Shown in pieces: positions 1 through 8,799 of a stretch of 64,000 nt of DNA; within the stretch, counting starts at the first letter, position 1; each line of letters opens with the position of its first letter. Source of the stretch: Bacteroidota bacterium (lineage in GTDB: Bacteria; Bacteroidota; Bacteroidia; Chitinophagales; LD1); assembly GCA_016722375.1 (NCBI GenBank), contig JADKJG010000008.1:33081-97080 (forward strand), in the 5' to 3' direction. Both the position numbers and the translations under genes were made by a program. A model generated the notes under the pieces. The model was not told the DNA's origin, searched no databases, and saw nothing but the letters and a program-made list of their open reading frames with translations.

Positions 1-1488
1 CCACAAGATTTTCTGGAATTTGACGACTTCATCCAACAGTGTGAAAAGTCACTGAATGATATTGCACCTTATACTACAAAAGTTGCCGCACTGATAGGAT
101 GCCCGAGGAAGAACCCGGTGATCGAAGGAAAGGATTTATTTAACTCGGCTTTCTTTTTGTACGAAGGTGTGGTAAAGCAAATCGTGGACAAAACCTTACT
201 GCCCAATTACGATATCTTTGATGAGTACCGATACTTTGAACCGGGTAATGTATTCAATGTGATTCGCTTTAAAGGGAAGAAACTGGCTGTTACCATCTGT
301 GAAGATATCTGGAACATCGGTAATGATAATCCGCTCTATACTATTTGTCCGATGGACGAATTGATGAAACAGCAGCCCGATCTGATGATCAATCTTTCGG
401 CCTCACCATTTAGTTATGAGCAATATGAGGACCGGATACATGTGATTCGTACTAATGCTATACGCTACCATTTGCCGATGGTTTATGTCAATCAAATAGG
501 AGCGCAGACACAGTTGATTTTTGAAGGGGGCAGTGTGGTGATGAATGAAAAAGGAGAGGTGATGGAACAATTGGATTTCTTTAATGAAGAAGTTCATTTG
601 GTTGATTTTCCCTTTTCTCAGAAATCAGCTATCAACATTCAGCATTCTAAGATTGCTATGATTCATGATGCACTGGTGTTAGGGATTCGTGACTATTTTA
701 AAAAGCTTGGGTTCCAAAGGGCCATTCTGGGATTGAGCGGCGGTATTGATTCCGCGGTGGTTCTTTGCTTGGCTGCCGAAGCACTTGGCAAGGAAAATAT
801 GATGTCGCTCTTGCTGCCGTCTAGTTTTTCTACCGGACACTCGTTAGATGATGCAAAGCAGTTGTCGGAAAATCTACAAATTAAATTTGAAGTGCTGCCC
901 ATCGAGAATAATTACCAGTCTCTTCTCGGAACACTCCATCCATATTTTAAGGACCTGCCCTTTTCGGTGGCGGAAGAAAACTTGCAGGCTAGAGTTCGCG
1001 GAGTGCTGCTGATGGCCTTCAGCAACAAGTTCGGCTATATATTGCTCAATACCACCAACAAAAGCGAAGCGGCTGTGGGGTATGGCACCCTATACGGGGA
1101 CATGTGCGGAGGCATCGCGGTTCTTGGTGATGTGTATAAAACTCAAGTGTACGAACTGGCGGAGTATATCAATCGTGACCAAGAAATCATTCCGCGAAAT
1201 ATTATAACCAAAGCGCCTTCTGCCGAATTGCGTCCTGATCAAAAAGATTCTGATTCGCTACCGGAATATCCCGTCCTCGATAGAATACTTTTGCAGTATA
1301 TCGAGAAACGAAGGGGTCCCAAAGAACTTGTTGCCATGGGTTTTGATCAGGTATTGGTCAACCGTATTTTGAAACTGGTGAATAGCTCTGAATGGAAGAG
1401 AAACCAGGCGCCACCTGCCTTGCGAATTTCGCCTAAAGCATTTGGTAGCGGAAGAAGAATGCCCATGGAAGGAAAGTATCTGAGTTAA
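1..1488 (+). CDS. nadE: glutamine-dependent NAD+ synthetase; 5' end lies outside the window
   Basis: Frame 1 is open from base 1 (PQDFLEFDDF...) into the 118..1488 ORF. It has a CN-hydrolase catalytic motif (ICEDIW) followed by the NAD synthetase PP-loop (LSGGIDS). Confidence 0.9.
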   Translation, partial: PQDFLEFDDFIQQCEKSLNDIAPYTTKVAALIGCPRKNPVIEGKDLFNSAFFLYEGVVKQIVDKTLLPNYDIFDEYRYFEPGNVFNVIRFKGKKLAVTICEDIWNIGNDNPLYTICPMDELMKQQPDLMINLSASPFSYEQYEDRIHVIRTNAIRYHLPMVYVNQIGAQTQLIFEGGSVVMNEKGEVMEQLDFFNEEVHLVDFPFSQKSAINIQHSKIAMIHDALVLGIRDYFKKLGFQRAILGLSGGIDSAVVLCLAAEALGKENMMSLLLPSSFSTGHSLDDAKQLSENLQIKFEVLPIENNYQSLLGTLHPYFKDLPFSVAEENLQARVRGVLLMAFSNKFGYILLNTTNKSEAAVGYGTLYGDMCGGIAVLGDVYKTQVYELAEYINRDQEIIPRNIITKAPSAELRPDQKDSDSLPEYPVLDRILLQYIEKRRGPKELVAMGFDQVLVNRILKLVNSSEWKRNQAPPALRISPKAFGSGRRMPMEGKYLS

Positions 1489-1559
1489 AGTTCGGGACCG
1501 CCCCAGAAGGGCTTAAAATAATTACTTTTGCCCGCCGTTTTATTGGCTAATTACTCCGA

Positions 1560-2306
1560 ATGAAAAAAATATTTGCTGTTCTCGTATTTGCGCTCTCTGT
1601 TGTAGTAATCTTTGCACAGGATTCTACCAAAATCAAACGGGCGGCGAAAAAGGCTGAATTAGAGAAGAAGTTTCTTCGTATAGCTAAAGATCGCATTGCT
1701 GTTGATTTGCTGGGCACGAACTGGATTTATAACCCCAACTCAGCAGGCATGAACGGTTTGCGCACCAAGTGGTATTCACGGGGAATCAATTTGTATTTCT
1801 ATTGGGATTTTCGTTTCAAGCGCAGCCGCGTCAGTTTTGCACCTGGCTTTGGCTACAGTGTCACGAATATTTATAGCCGACATGAACTGGTGGAAGATGA
1901 TACTACGGCTGCTTTCTCCACCGTATTTAAGCCGCTGCCCGAGGCCACTTTATCAAATTATAAGGTGAATAAAGTGACCATTCAGTATATAGAGATTCCG
2001 CTCGAATTGCGTATCCGATCTAACCCGGACAAGTTCAACAACTTCTGGAAAGTAGCAATTGGGGTAAAGGGAGGTGTTCGAGTGGATGTACACACCCGAC
2101 AAACCATCAAAGACCAAACGGGTAAGAAAACTTATGTTGAGCGGCGCTTTCCTGATTTCAACCTTTTCCGCTTCGGTCCTACGATTCGGGTTGGCTACAG
2201 TGTCTTTAACGTGACGGCTTATTATGGAGTCTTGAACGTTTTCAAAGGAGGGAAAGGCCCTAAGGCAAACGAATTCTCCGTCGGGATTTCGTTTAACGGA
2301 TTGTAA
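1560..2306 (+). CDS. outer-membrane beta-barrel protein (PorT/porin-like family)
   Basis: 248 aa with a signal peptide (MKKIFAVLVFALSVVVIFAQ), alternating beta-strand pattern and an aromatic-rich C-terminus (FSVGISFNGL). Confidence 0.55.
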   Translation: MKKIFAVLVFALSVVVIFAQDSTKIKRAAKKAELEKKFLRIAKDRIAVDLLGTNWIYNPNSAGMNGLRTKWYSRGINLYFYWDFRFKRSRVSFAPGFGYSVTNIYSRHELVEDDTTAAFSTVFKPLPEATLSNYKVNKVTIQYIEIPLELRIRSNPDKFNNFWKVAIGVKGGVRVDVHTRQTIKDQTGKKTYVERRFPDFNLFRFGPTIRVGYSVFNVTAYYGVLNVFKGGKGPKANEFSVGISFNGL

Positions 2307-2385
2307 GGGATTAATCTCTCAATCCTGAAACTAACTCATAGCTGACAATCTACAAGGACTTCTCGGTGTATGCAGTGTCTTAGAC

Positions 2386-2415
2386 AAACAAAAAACCCTT
2401 GCCATCCGGCAAGGG
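2386..2415 (-). terminator. rho-independent terminator downstream of rplV
   Basis: Stem CCCTTGCC (2396-2403) pairs with GGCAAGGG (2408-2415) around a 4-nt loop. On the minus strand it is followed by TTTTTGTTTG. Confidence 0.8.
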
Positions 2416-2442
2416 TTCTGAGATAAAAAGCTTCTTAATTTA

Positions 2443-2832
2443 TTATTCTGCTGTTTCTTTGGCAGCTACTTCTTTAGTTGTCGGAGCAGCATTTTTGCTG
2501 TTCACTTTGATAGTAACGTGATTGCTGCGTTTGCGCAAACGATAAGCACGGCCCTGTGGTGCGGGAAGAAATCTCTTCAGCATAGTTCCGGCATTCACCT
2601 GAATTTCAGAAACAATCAAATCATTGTCCTCTGGTTTTTGTCCTTCGTTTTTCTGCTCCCAGTTATTGATAGCACTCTTCAAAAGCTTTTCGAGCTTTAC
2701 AGAGGCTTCCTGCTTGCTGAACTTCAAAATATTCAAAGCGTCATATACACTCTTGCCACGCACGAGGTCAGCCACGAGGCGCATCTTGCGGGTAGAGGTG
2801 GGGTTATTATTTAAATGTGCTACTGCTTCCAT
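2443..2832 (-). CDS. rplV: 50S ribosomal protein L22
   Basis: 129 aa with [15 protein letters not shown] and [15 protein letters not shown]; sits in canonical position after S19. Confidence 0.97.
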   Translation of the reverse strand: MEAVAHLNNNPTSTRKMRLVADLVRGKSVYDALNILKFSKQEASVKLEKLLKSAINNWEQKNEGQKPEDNDLIVSEIQVNAGTMLKRFLPAPQGRAYRLRKRSNHVTIKVNSKNAAPTTKEVAAKETAE

Positions 2833-2853
2833 GTTTTCTTAATTTGAGATTGA

Positions 2854-3126
2854 TTAGGATACTACTTTCTTGGTGGAGTGGCCTCTGAATACGCGGGTAG
2901 GAGCAAATTCTCCTAGTTTGTGTCCCACCATATTCTCGGTAACATAAACCGGAATGAATTTATTTCCGTTGTGTACTGCAAATGTATGCCCTACCATATC
3001 GGGAGACACCATGGAGGAGCGGCTCCAGGTTTTGATTACTGTCTTCTTCCCGCCTTCATTCATTTTATTGACCTTCTTTCCGAGTTTGAAAGCGATGTAA
3101 GGACCTTTCTTTATTGAACGTGCCAT
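2854..3126 (-). CDS. rpsS: 30S ribosomal protein S19
   Basis: 90 aa: [11 protein letters not shown]...[27 protein letters not shown]. Confidence 0.98.
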   Translation of the reverse strand: MARSIKKGPYIAFKLGKKVNKMNEGGKKTVIKTWSRSSMVSPDMVGHTFAVHNGNKFIPVYVTENMVGHKLGEFAPTRVFRGHSTKKVVS

Positions 3127-3157
3127 TTTCTATTGGTTATTTTCTATTGATGATTGA

Positions 3158-3982
3158 TTACTTACCTCTTTTCTGCATGATGAACTGAGAAGAACTCTTC
3201 TTAGGCGCCCGAGTTTTATAACCCTTAGCCTTTATTCCTCTGCGAGAGCGAGGATGTCCTCCTGATGCACGACCTTCACCTCCTCCCATCGGGTGATCCA
3301 CAGGGTTCATTGCTACCGGTCTTGTTCTTGGTCTGCGACCTAACCAGCGTTTACGCCCTGCTTTGCCGAGGCTTTGAAGATTATGGTCAGCGTTGGAAAC
3401 ACTGCCGATAGTGGCCACACACTGTAATAATAATTTTCTTGATTCGCCGGAAGGCAATTTGATAACGGCATAGCGTTCTTCGCGAGCTAAAAGTTGTGCA
3501 GAGCCACCGGCGCTTCTCACAATGACTCCACCTCTTCCGGGATGCAATTCAATATTGTGTATGATAGCTCCTAAAGGAATTTCTGCCAGAGGCAATGTGT
3601 TTCCTACCTCAGGGGCAACCTTTGTTCCTGAAATCACTTTCTGTCCTACCTTCAAACCATTCGGAGCCAAGATGTATCTCTTTTCGCCATCAGCATAAGC
3701 AATCAGGGCGATAAACGAGGTGCGAATTGGATCATACTCAATAGAGGTGACTGTTCCAGGAACGTCAAATTTATTTCTCTTGAAGTCAATAATTCTGTAA
3801 CGCTTCTTATGGCCACCACCCATATAGCGCATGGTCATTTTACCTTCGCCGTTACGACCACCACTGCTCTTGTGCGGAGCTAAAAGGCTTTTTTCAGGTT
3901 TGTTAGTGGTGATTTCATCGAACGTTAGAAGTTCTGTGAACCTCATGCTCGGGGTGGTAGGGCGATATTTTTTAATTCCCAT
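3158..3982 (-). CDS. rplB: 50S ribosomal protein L2
   Basis: 274 aa with [21 protein letters not shown] and [16 protein letters not shown]. Confidence 0.98.
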   Translation of the reverse strand: MGIKKYRPTTPSMRFTELLTFDEITTNKPEKSLLAPHKSSGGRNGEGKMTMRYMGGGHKKRYRIIDFKRNKFDVPGTVTSIEYDPIRTSFIALIAYADGEKRYILAPNGLKVGQKVISGTKVAPEVGNTLPLAEIPLGAIIHNIELHPGRGGVIVRSAGGSAQLLAREERYAVIKLPSGESRKLLLQCVATIGSVSNADHNLQSLGKAGRKRWLGRRPRTRPVAMNPVDHPMGGGEGRASGGHPRSRRGIKAKGYKTRAPKKSSSQFIMQKRGK

Positions 3983-4069
3983 TTTATTCTTCTTTTAATC
4001 CTTTTTGTCTTTTCAGTGGTAGGATGTCCACTATAGTTAAAGAATACTTTTTGTTCTGCTGTTTATCGT

Positions 4070-4366
4070 TTATACGCTTCCGTAGAAATCAATAGCTTCT
4101 CCCTTCTTCAAGGTCACTACTGCTTTCTTATAAGAAGGCTTCATGCCAGAGGCAACACCTTGCTTTGTGAAACGAACTTTCTTTTTACCCGGATTCACCA
4201 AGGTATTTACGGCTTCTACCTGTACATTATAGGTAGTTTCAACCGCCTTCTTGATTTCCAACTTGTTGGCATCCTTCGCTACGCGGAAAACATACTTGCC
4301 TGCTTTTTCGCCGCTTTTGGTTGACTTTTCGGTTATAACCGGTCTGATTAAAATATCTATTGCCAT
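4070..4366 (-). CDS. rplW: 50S ribosomal protein L23
   Basis: 98 aa with IRPVITEKS...YVFRVAKDANKLEIKKAVE. Confidence 0.95.
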   Translation of the reverse strand: MAIDILIRPVITEKSTKSGEKAGKYVFRVAKDANKLEIKKAVETTYNVQVEAVNTLVNPGKKKVRFTKQGVASGMKPSYKKAVVTLKKGEAIDFYGSV

Positions 4367-4387
4367 GATGGTTGTCTCCTTACTTGA

Positions 4388-5020
4388 TTAGTTTTTAGCG
4401 AAATTAGTTTCTATGGACTTTACTGCTCCTTCGCTCAACACCAGCTTTTTGCAGTTCATCACATCATATATGTTCAGGTTCGTTGCTTCGGTCACCTTAA
4501 GTGTAGGGATATTGCGGGCCGAAAGAATAGTATTCTTATCGGCACTATCCATTACAAACACGCTTTTCACGCCGTTCAGTTTTAATCCCTTTACTACCGC
4601 TGCAAAGTCCTTTGTTTTAGGAGCAGAAAAATTAAAATCTTCTACTATTATCAGATTGCTATCCTTCGCTTTGTAGGTCAGGGCGCTTTTTCTGGCAATG
4701 TCTTTCACCTTTTTATTCACCTTCAAAACATAGTCATGAGGTTTAGGGCCGAATGCGCGACCACCCCCTTTCAATCCGGGAGCTTTCATCGAACCGCGAC
4801 GGGCACCACCGGTGCCTTTCTGGCGAAATGCTTTCTTGGTGGTACGCGATACCTCCCATTTTTCCTTGGACTTGTGCGTTCCCTGACGTTGTGCAGCCAT
4901 GTAGGACTTCACACTCAGATATACCGCGTGGTCATTAGGTTCTATACCGAATATATCGTCCGAAAGATTGATTTCTCTTCCGGTTTCAGCACCGTCTTTG
5001 TTTAAAACTTTTACCTTCAT
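4388..5020 (-). CDS. rplD: 50S ribosomal protein L4
   Basis: 210 aa with QGTHKSKEKWEVSRTTKKAFRQKGTGGARRGS; first gene of the five-gene block. Confidence 0.96.
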   Translation of the reverse strand: MKVKVLNKDGAETGREINLSDDIFGIEPNDHAVYLSVKSYMAAQRQGTHKSKEKWEVSRTTKKAFRQKGTGGARRGSMKAPGLKGGGRAFGPKPHDYVLKVNKKVKDIARKSALTYKAKDSNLIIVEDFNFSAPKTKDFAAVVKGLKLNGVKSVFVMDSADKNTILSARNIPTLKVTEATNLNIYDVMNCKKLVLSEGAVKSIETNFAKN

Positions 5021-5068
5021 TATTCAAAATTTTTAGGGAGAATCGCATCCCTTCCGAAAAAGGGAACG

Positions 5069-5099
5069 CAAAAATATACTTTATCAACATAGTTCCAAA
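5069..5099 (-). promoter_or_regulatory. candidate Bacteroidota sigma-A promoter for the rplD block
   Basis: On the minus strand, TTTG (5099-5096) is followed by a 19-nt spacer and then TATTTTTG (5076-5069). This matches -33 TTTG and -7 TAnnTTTG and lies about 50 nt upstream of the rplD ATG. Confidence 0.45.
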
Positions 5100-5142
5100 T
5101 AGTTAAGGATAAAAAATCAGCAGCCCACTCAGGCTTAACATT

Positions 5143-6201
5143 ATGAAGACCCCGAAACATTACCAGCAACAGATTATCACCAAAAAGAAGAAGATATACC
5201 CTATCAATAGGGAATTGCGCCAATATTTATTGGATAATCAGCGAGAAATCAGTCTCTCAGTTAGCTATGGAGATCTCAAGCATTTTAACGGAGGAGTACC
5301 TATTCGTGACAAACGGGGTATTGATACTCTTTGGGAAGCCGCTATGTATCCGCCGCACGAGTTAAAACATATTCATGAGGGGCTGAAACAAATTTATTCT
5401 ATTCTCAAGACAGGGGGCGACACCTCCGTACACAAGCACCTGCAAATAGAGCGGATAGACTACTGCACCTTTGGCAACTCTAATCCATTTCGGATTAAGG
5501 TGGTCAACAATTTCAACGACAATTACGACTACTTCTACATCAAACAGGCTGATGCCTCGCGCATCTATGGCTTAGAGTTGGAGCATATTCTGACTCCTGC
5601 CCGCATCAATTTTTTTGTGGATCAGCATACCTTGGTTGAAGAACATATAGCGGGCATTCCGGGGGATCAGTTTATTGAAGTGCATTTGAAAAATCCCGGC
5701 TTCAACCAGGTGCGCATAGCCAAAGAATTTGTCAAGTTCAATGAGCGCTGTTTCATCCGCTTGTTGGGCGATATGCGCTCCTATAATTATGTGTTTGATA
5801 TCACGCCCGATTTTGAGGAAGTGCAATTCCGTATTCGCGCCATTGATTTTGACCAGCAAAGTTATGAGGGAAAGAAGAGTTTGTATCTACCCCAGTTCTT
5901 TAAAGAAAATGCCGTGTTGGTGCAGTTGACCTTAAAGTTGTTATCCCCCGAAACAATTCTTCAGTACCAAAAAGAGGAGAGAACCCTCGTTGCCCGCCGA
6001 AGTATTTCGGCTCACTACCGCCTCACAAATCTGATAGACGTGATGGACCGCGACACCATTGCCCCCATAGAAAAGGTGAAACAGTTAGCCAAAGAGCTTG
6101 CCATACATTACAAGGAGGAGTCGTTTTTGGATTGTCACTCAATGGGGGCAATAGTGCGTAACAGTTTGAGGCTGCTGACCGAAGATTTGAAGGAGAAGTA
6201 G
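5143..6201 (+). CDS. hypothetical protein with lipid/atypical-kinase-like motifs
   Basis: 352-aa intact ORF. Ordered motifs are YIKQADASR (K134), LLGDMRSYNYV (D210/R212/N215) and AIDFDQ (D235). No family recognised with certainty. Confidence 0.6.
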   Translation: MKTPKHYQQQIITKKKKIYPINRELRQYLLDNQREISLSVSYGDLKHFNGGVPIRDKRGIDTLWEAAMYPPHELKHIHEGLKQIYSILKTGGDTSVHKHLQIERIDYCTFGNSNPFRIKVVNNFNDNYDYFYIKQADASRIYGLELEHILTPARINFFVDQHTLVEEHIAGIPGDQFIEVHLKNPGFNQVRIAKEFVKFNERCFIRLLGDMRSYNYVFDITPDFEEVQFRIRAIDFDQQSYEGKKSLYLPQFFKENAVLVQLTLKLLSPETILQYQKEERTLVARRSISAHYRLTNLIDVMDRDTIAPIEKVKQLAKELAIHYKEESFLDCHSMGAIVRNSLRLLTEDLKEK

Positions 6202-6611
6202 GCTAAGACGCTACGGTAAGCCATCTCGTATGTGGCATACCATTAAGTTAAGAAACAGTAAGGTAATAGTGAGGGCTGCTTCTTTCCTTGTTTGAAGATG
6301 CTGGCTACAAAAATATATGCCGGCATTGTCTAAATGAGGGGAATCCATCTCTTCCCGGGATGATTGCAGACTCCTTTAATACCCTATTAGACGGCTTTTA
6401 CACCCAACTCAAGACGAAGCGATACAAACTCGAAGTGTTTCAATGCAAACGCGAAATGTTTTGCTTCAAACGGCTTCTTTTTGTATCGAAACTGACAGAA
6501 ATCGGTGTTTTTGGCCTACTTCTTGCCGAGACATTATTTGTAATGAATCCTCCATTTTGTCGTCATTTTGCTCCAAATAGTTGGATTTTGCATACAGACT
6601 CTCCTTCTTTT

Positions 6612-6760
6612 CCTTAAGGAAAAGAAGGAATTCCTTAAAGGAAAGTCTCTTTTCCTTAAAGGAAAATTACTTTCTCTTAATGATTGATACACGATTCCTT
6701 AAAGGAAAGCCTCCGTTCTTTAAGGAATTGCAGGAATCTCTTAAGCAAAAAGGAGATTTG
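6612..6760. repeat. 21-bp phased degenerate tandem array (CCTTAA word)
   Basis: CCTTAA-like anchors start at 6612, 6633, 6654, 6675, 6697, 6718 and 6739. The array contains the palindromes TTCCTTAAGGAA and AAGGAATTCCTT. Confidence 0.8.
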
Positions 6761-7107
6761 CAGAAAGAATATCACTAAAACATATAGGGATTGAGCTTAT
6801 CTCTTAAAGAAATGATTCAACCCCGTAAGACAATATCAATAGATTTAGGGAAAAGCAAGAGAATAGAGATGGATGGTTGGGGGGAACAGTTGAAAACGGA
6901 AAACCGCATGACTTAACTTAATGGCTTTGCCTTTATGTGTCAATCAATTCAGCGGCAGAGAAAAAACAATTTGATTTTCTAAAGGGTATTATTCTGATTG
7001 GATTTATATAGCAAACCCGGTCTCAAATTTGATCGGTATATATTTAGTTTTAAAAAATGTTATAATCTCAAATGCTGCAAATTGCTTTCTAACTTCGCAC
7101 CCTGATA

Positions 7108-7560
7108 ATGACAGCGAAACGCAATTATTTTACTGGAGATAGTCAACCGGAGTTAGGGTTTAAGCTATTTTTAAAGTACTGTTCCATTGGCCTTTTGGTG
7201 TTTTTATTTTCAGTAGGACAGCGCTCTGCGTTTGCTAATAGTAGCACTGAAGAGTCCAACATAAAGATGGATTTAGGAGTGCTTTTGTCGGGACACTCTA
7301 TTAGTATCCTGAGTTCACCACTTCATCTGCCGTTTGAATCAACCCCGAATCCCCAACCTCAGTATGATCCCACTGAGAAGGATAGTGAAGATGATTTGGG
7401 TAGTGATTGTACTCTAGCTATAGGATGCCAGACACTGGAGGGGGTGTTAATCCCTCCTTCTGGAAGAATTGTATTTTCATTAGTAGTAGATTCTTTACAA
7501 AACCGATCCACGGTTCCTCTTTTCATACTCTACCATTCTTGGAAGAGTTTCCTCTCCTAA
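7108..7560 (+). CDS. hypothetical protein upstream of the RND operon
   Basis: 150-aa ORF with one hydrophobic segment (CSIGLLVFLFSVG). No recognisable family, so coding status is uncertain. Confidence 0.3.
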   Translation: MTAKRNYFTGDSQPELGFKLFLKYCSIGLLVFLFSVGQRSAFANSSTEESNIKMDLGVLLSGHSISILSSPLHLPFESTPNPQPQYDPTEKDSEDDLGSDCTLAIGCQTLEGVLIPPSGRIVFSLVVDSLQNRSTVPLFILYHSWKSFLS

Positions 7561-7687
7561 TTTTCTAATTCTCCAGAGATTGTTTTACATGGTACGCTCC
7601 ATGTATTTAATGATCTGTATAGTACTCTGCTATGTAGCAGAGACTGATGTTCTAATAAGTCTTTCGTCAAAACAAATCAAAAGTAAA

Positions 7688-8773
7688 ATGAAGAGTGTCG
7701 TAATGCTCCTGAGCCTTTCAACTATGTTGGTGTTCACAAGCTGTAATAATGAAAAACATATAAAGGAAGCAGAAGCTAAATTTCTGGTTACCAGTCCGGT
7801 TCAAATGGACACGATGATTTATCAGGATTACGTGTGCCAGATTCATGCCATCAGCCACATTGAAATAAGGTCGCAGGAAAGGGGTTACCTGCAGAACGTT
7901 TACGTGGACGAAGGACAGAATGTAAAAAAGGGACAGAAGATGTTTCAAATTATGCCTTTGATATACGAGGCAGAAATGGAAAAGGCAAAGGCCAATGTAA
8001 GTTTTGCTGAGATTGAATATCAGAATACCAAGAATCTTGCTGACAGCAACATCGTGTCGAAGAATGAATTGGCATTGGGTAAAGCAACATTAGATAAAGA
8101 GAAAGCAGAGTTGGCTCTGGCTCAGGCACATTTGGCATTTACAGATATACGCGCTCCCTTCGATGGCATCATGGACCGCTTTTATCAGCGACTGGGCAGT
8201 TTAGTAGATGAAGGTGAATTGCTCACCACTCTTTCAGATAACAGCAAAATGTGGGTGTACTTCAATGTCCCCGAATCGGAATATCTGGATTACGCTTCCC
8301 GCACCGCAAAAACAGGCAAGCAGCAGGTAAAGCTGCGTATGGCCAACGGTGAAATATTTTCACGCGAGGGAACGGTAGAAACGATAGAGGCGGACTTTAA
8401 CAATGAAACCGGAAACATTGCTTTCCGTGCCACTTTCTCTAATCCCGATAAAATCTTGCGACATGGAGAGACGGGCACCATACTGATGCCGACGCACCTT
8501 AAAAACGCCATCATCATTCCTCAAAAGGCAACTTTTGATATCCTAGATAAGAAGTTCGTTTATGTGCTGGATAACAACAACGTGTTGAAGTCAAAGCAAA
8601 TTACGATAGCTCAGGAAATGCCCCATCTATATGTAGTTAGCTCAGGCCTCGACGTTAACGACAAAATCCTTCTAGAAGGATTAGGCAAGGTAAAAAACAA
8701 TGAAAAAATAGAAACTGAGTTTGTGTCTTTTGAAAAGGCGTTATCCGACCTAAATAATTTACACGCCGAATAA
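7688..8773 (+). CDS. RND efflux periplasmic adaptor (membrane fusion protein)
   Basis: The likely start is the internal ATG at 7688, which gives a lipoprotein signal (MKSVVMLLSLSTMLVFTSC). HlyD/AcrA-like coiled-coil hairpin and beta-barrel regions (IRAPFDGIMDRF). Confidence 0.88.
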   Translation: MKSVVMLLSLSTMLVFTSCNNEKHIKEAEAKFLVTSPVQMDTMIYQDYVCQIHAISHIEIRSQERGYLQNVYVDEGQNVKKGQKMFQIMPLIYEAEMEKAKANVSFAEIEYQNTKNLADSNIVSKNELALGKATLDKEKAELALAQAHLAFTDIRAPFDGIMDRFYQRLGSLVDEGELLTTLSDNSKMWVYFNVPESEYLDYASRTAKTGKQQVKLRMANGEIFSREGTVETIEADFNNETGNIAFRATFSNPDKILRHGETGTILMPTHLKNAIIIPQKATFDILDKKFVYVLDNNNVLKSKQITIAQEMPHLYVVSSGLDVNDKILLEGLGKVKNNEKIETEFVSFEKALSDLNNLHAE

Positions 8774-8799
8774 GGCAAGAACCAAAAAACAAAGAAAAG

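Noticed and set aside
2518-5005. ORF-track entries antisense to the ribosomal protein genes (2518..2814, 2624..2842, 2920..3117, 4413..4676, 4736..5005, 4753..4938).
   Set aside because: These are shadow ORFs on the opposite strand of unambiguous, highly conserved r-protein genes. Their translations show no protein-like features.
5020-5223. 67-aa minus-strand ORF upstream of rplD.
   Set aside because: It overlaps the candidate promoter and leader and the start of the divergent 5143 gene. The peptide is not protein-like.
6288-6778. ORFs 6288..6617 (TTG start) and 6581..6778.
   Set aside because: They have odd composition and no recognisable features. The second lies wholly in the CCTTAA repeat array. 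The region looks non-coding or decayed.
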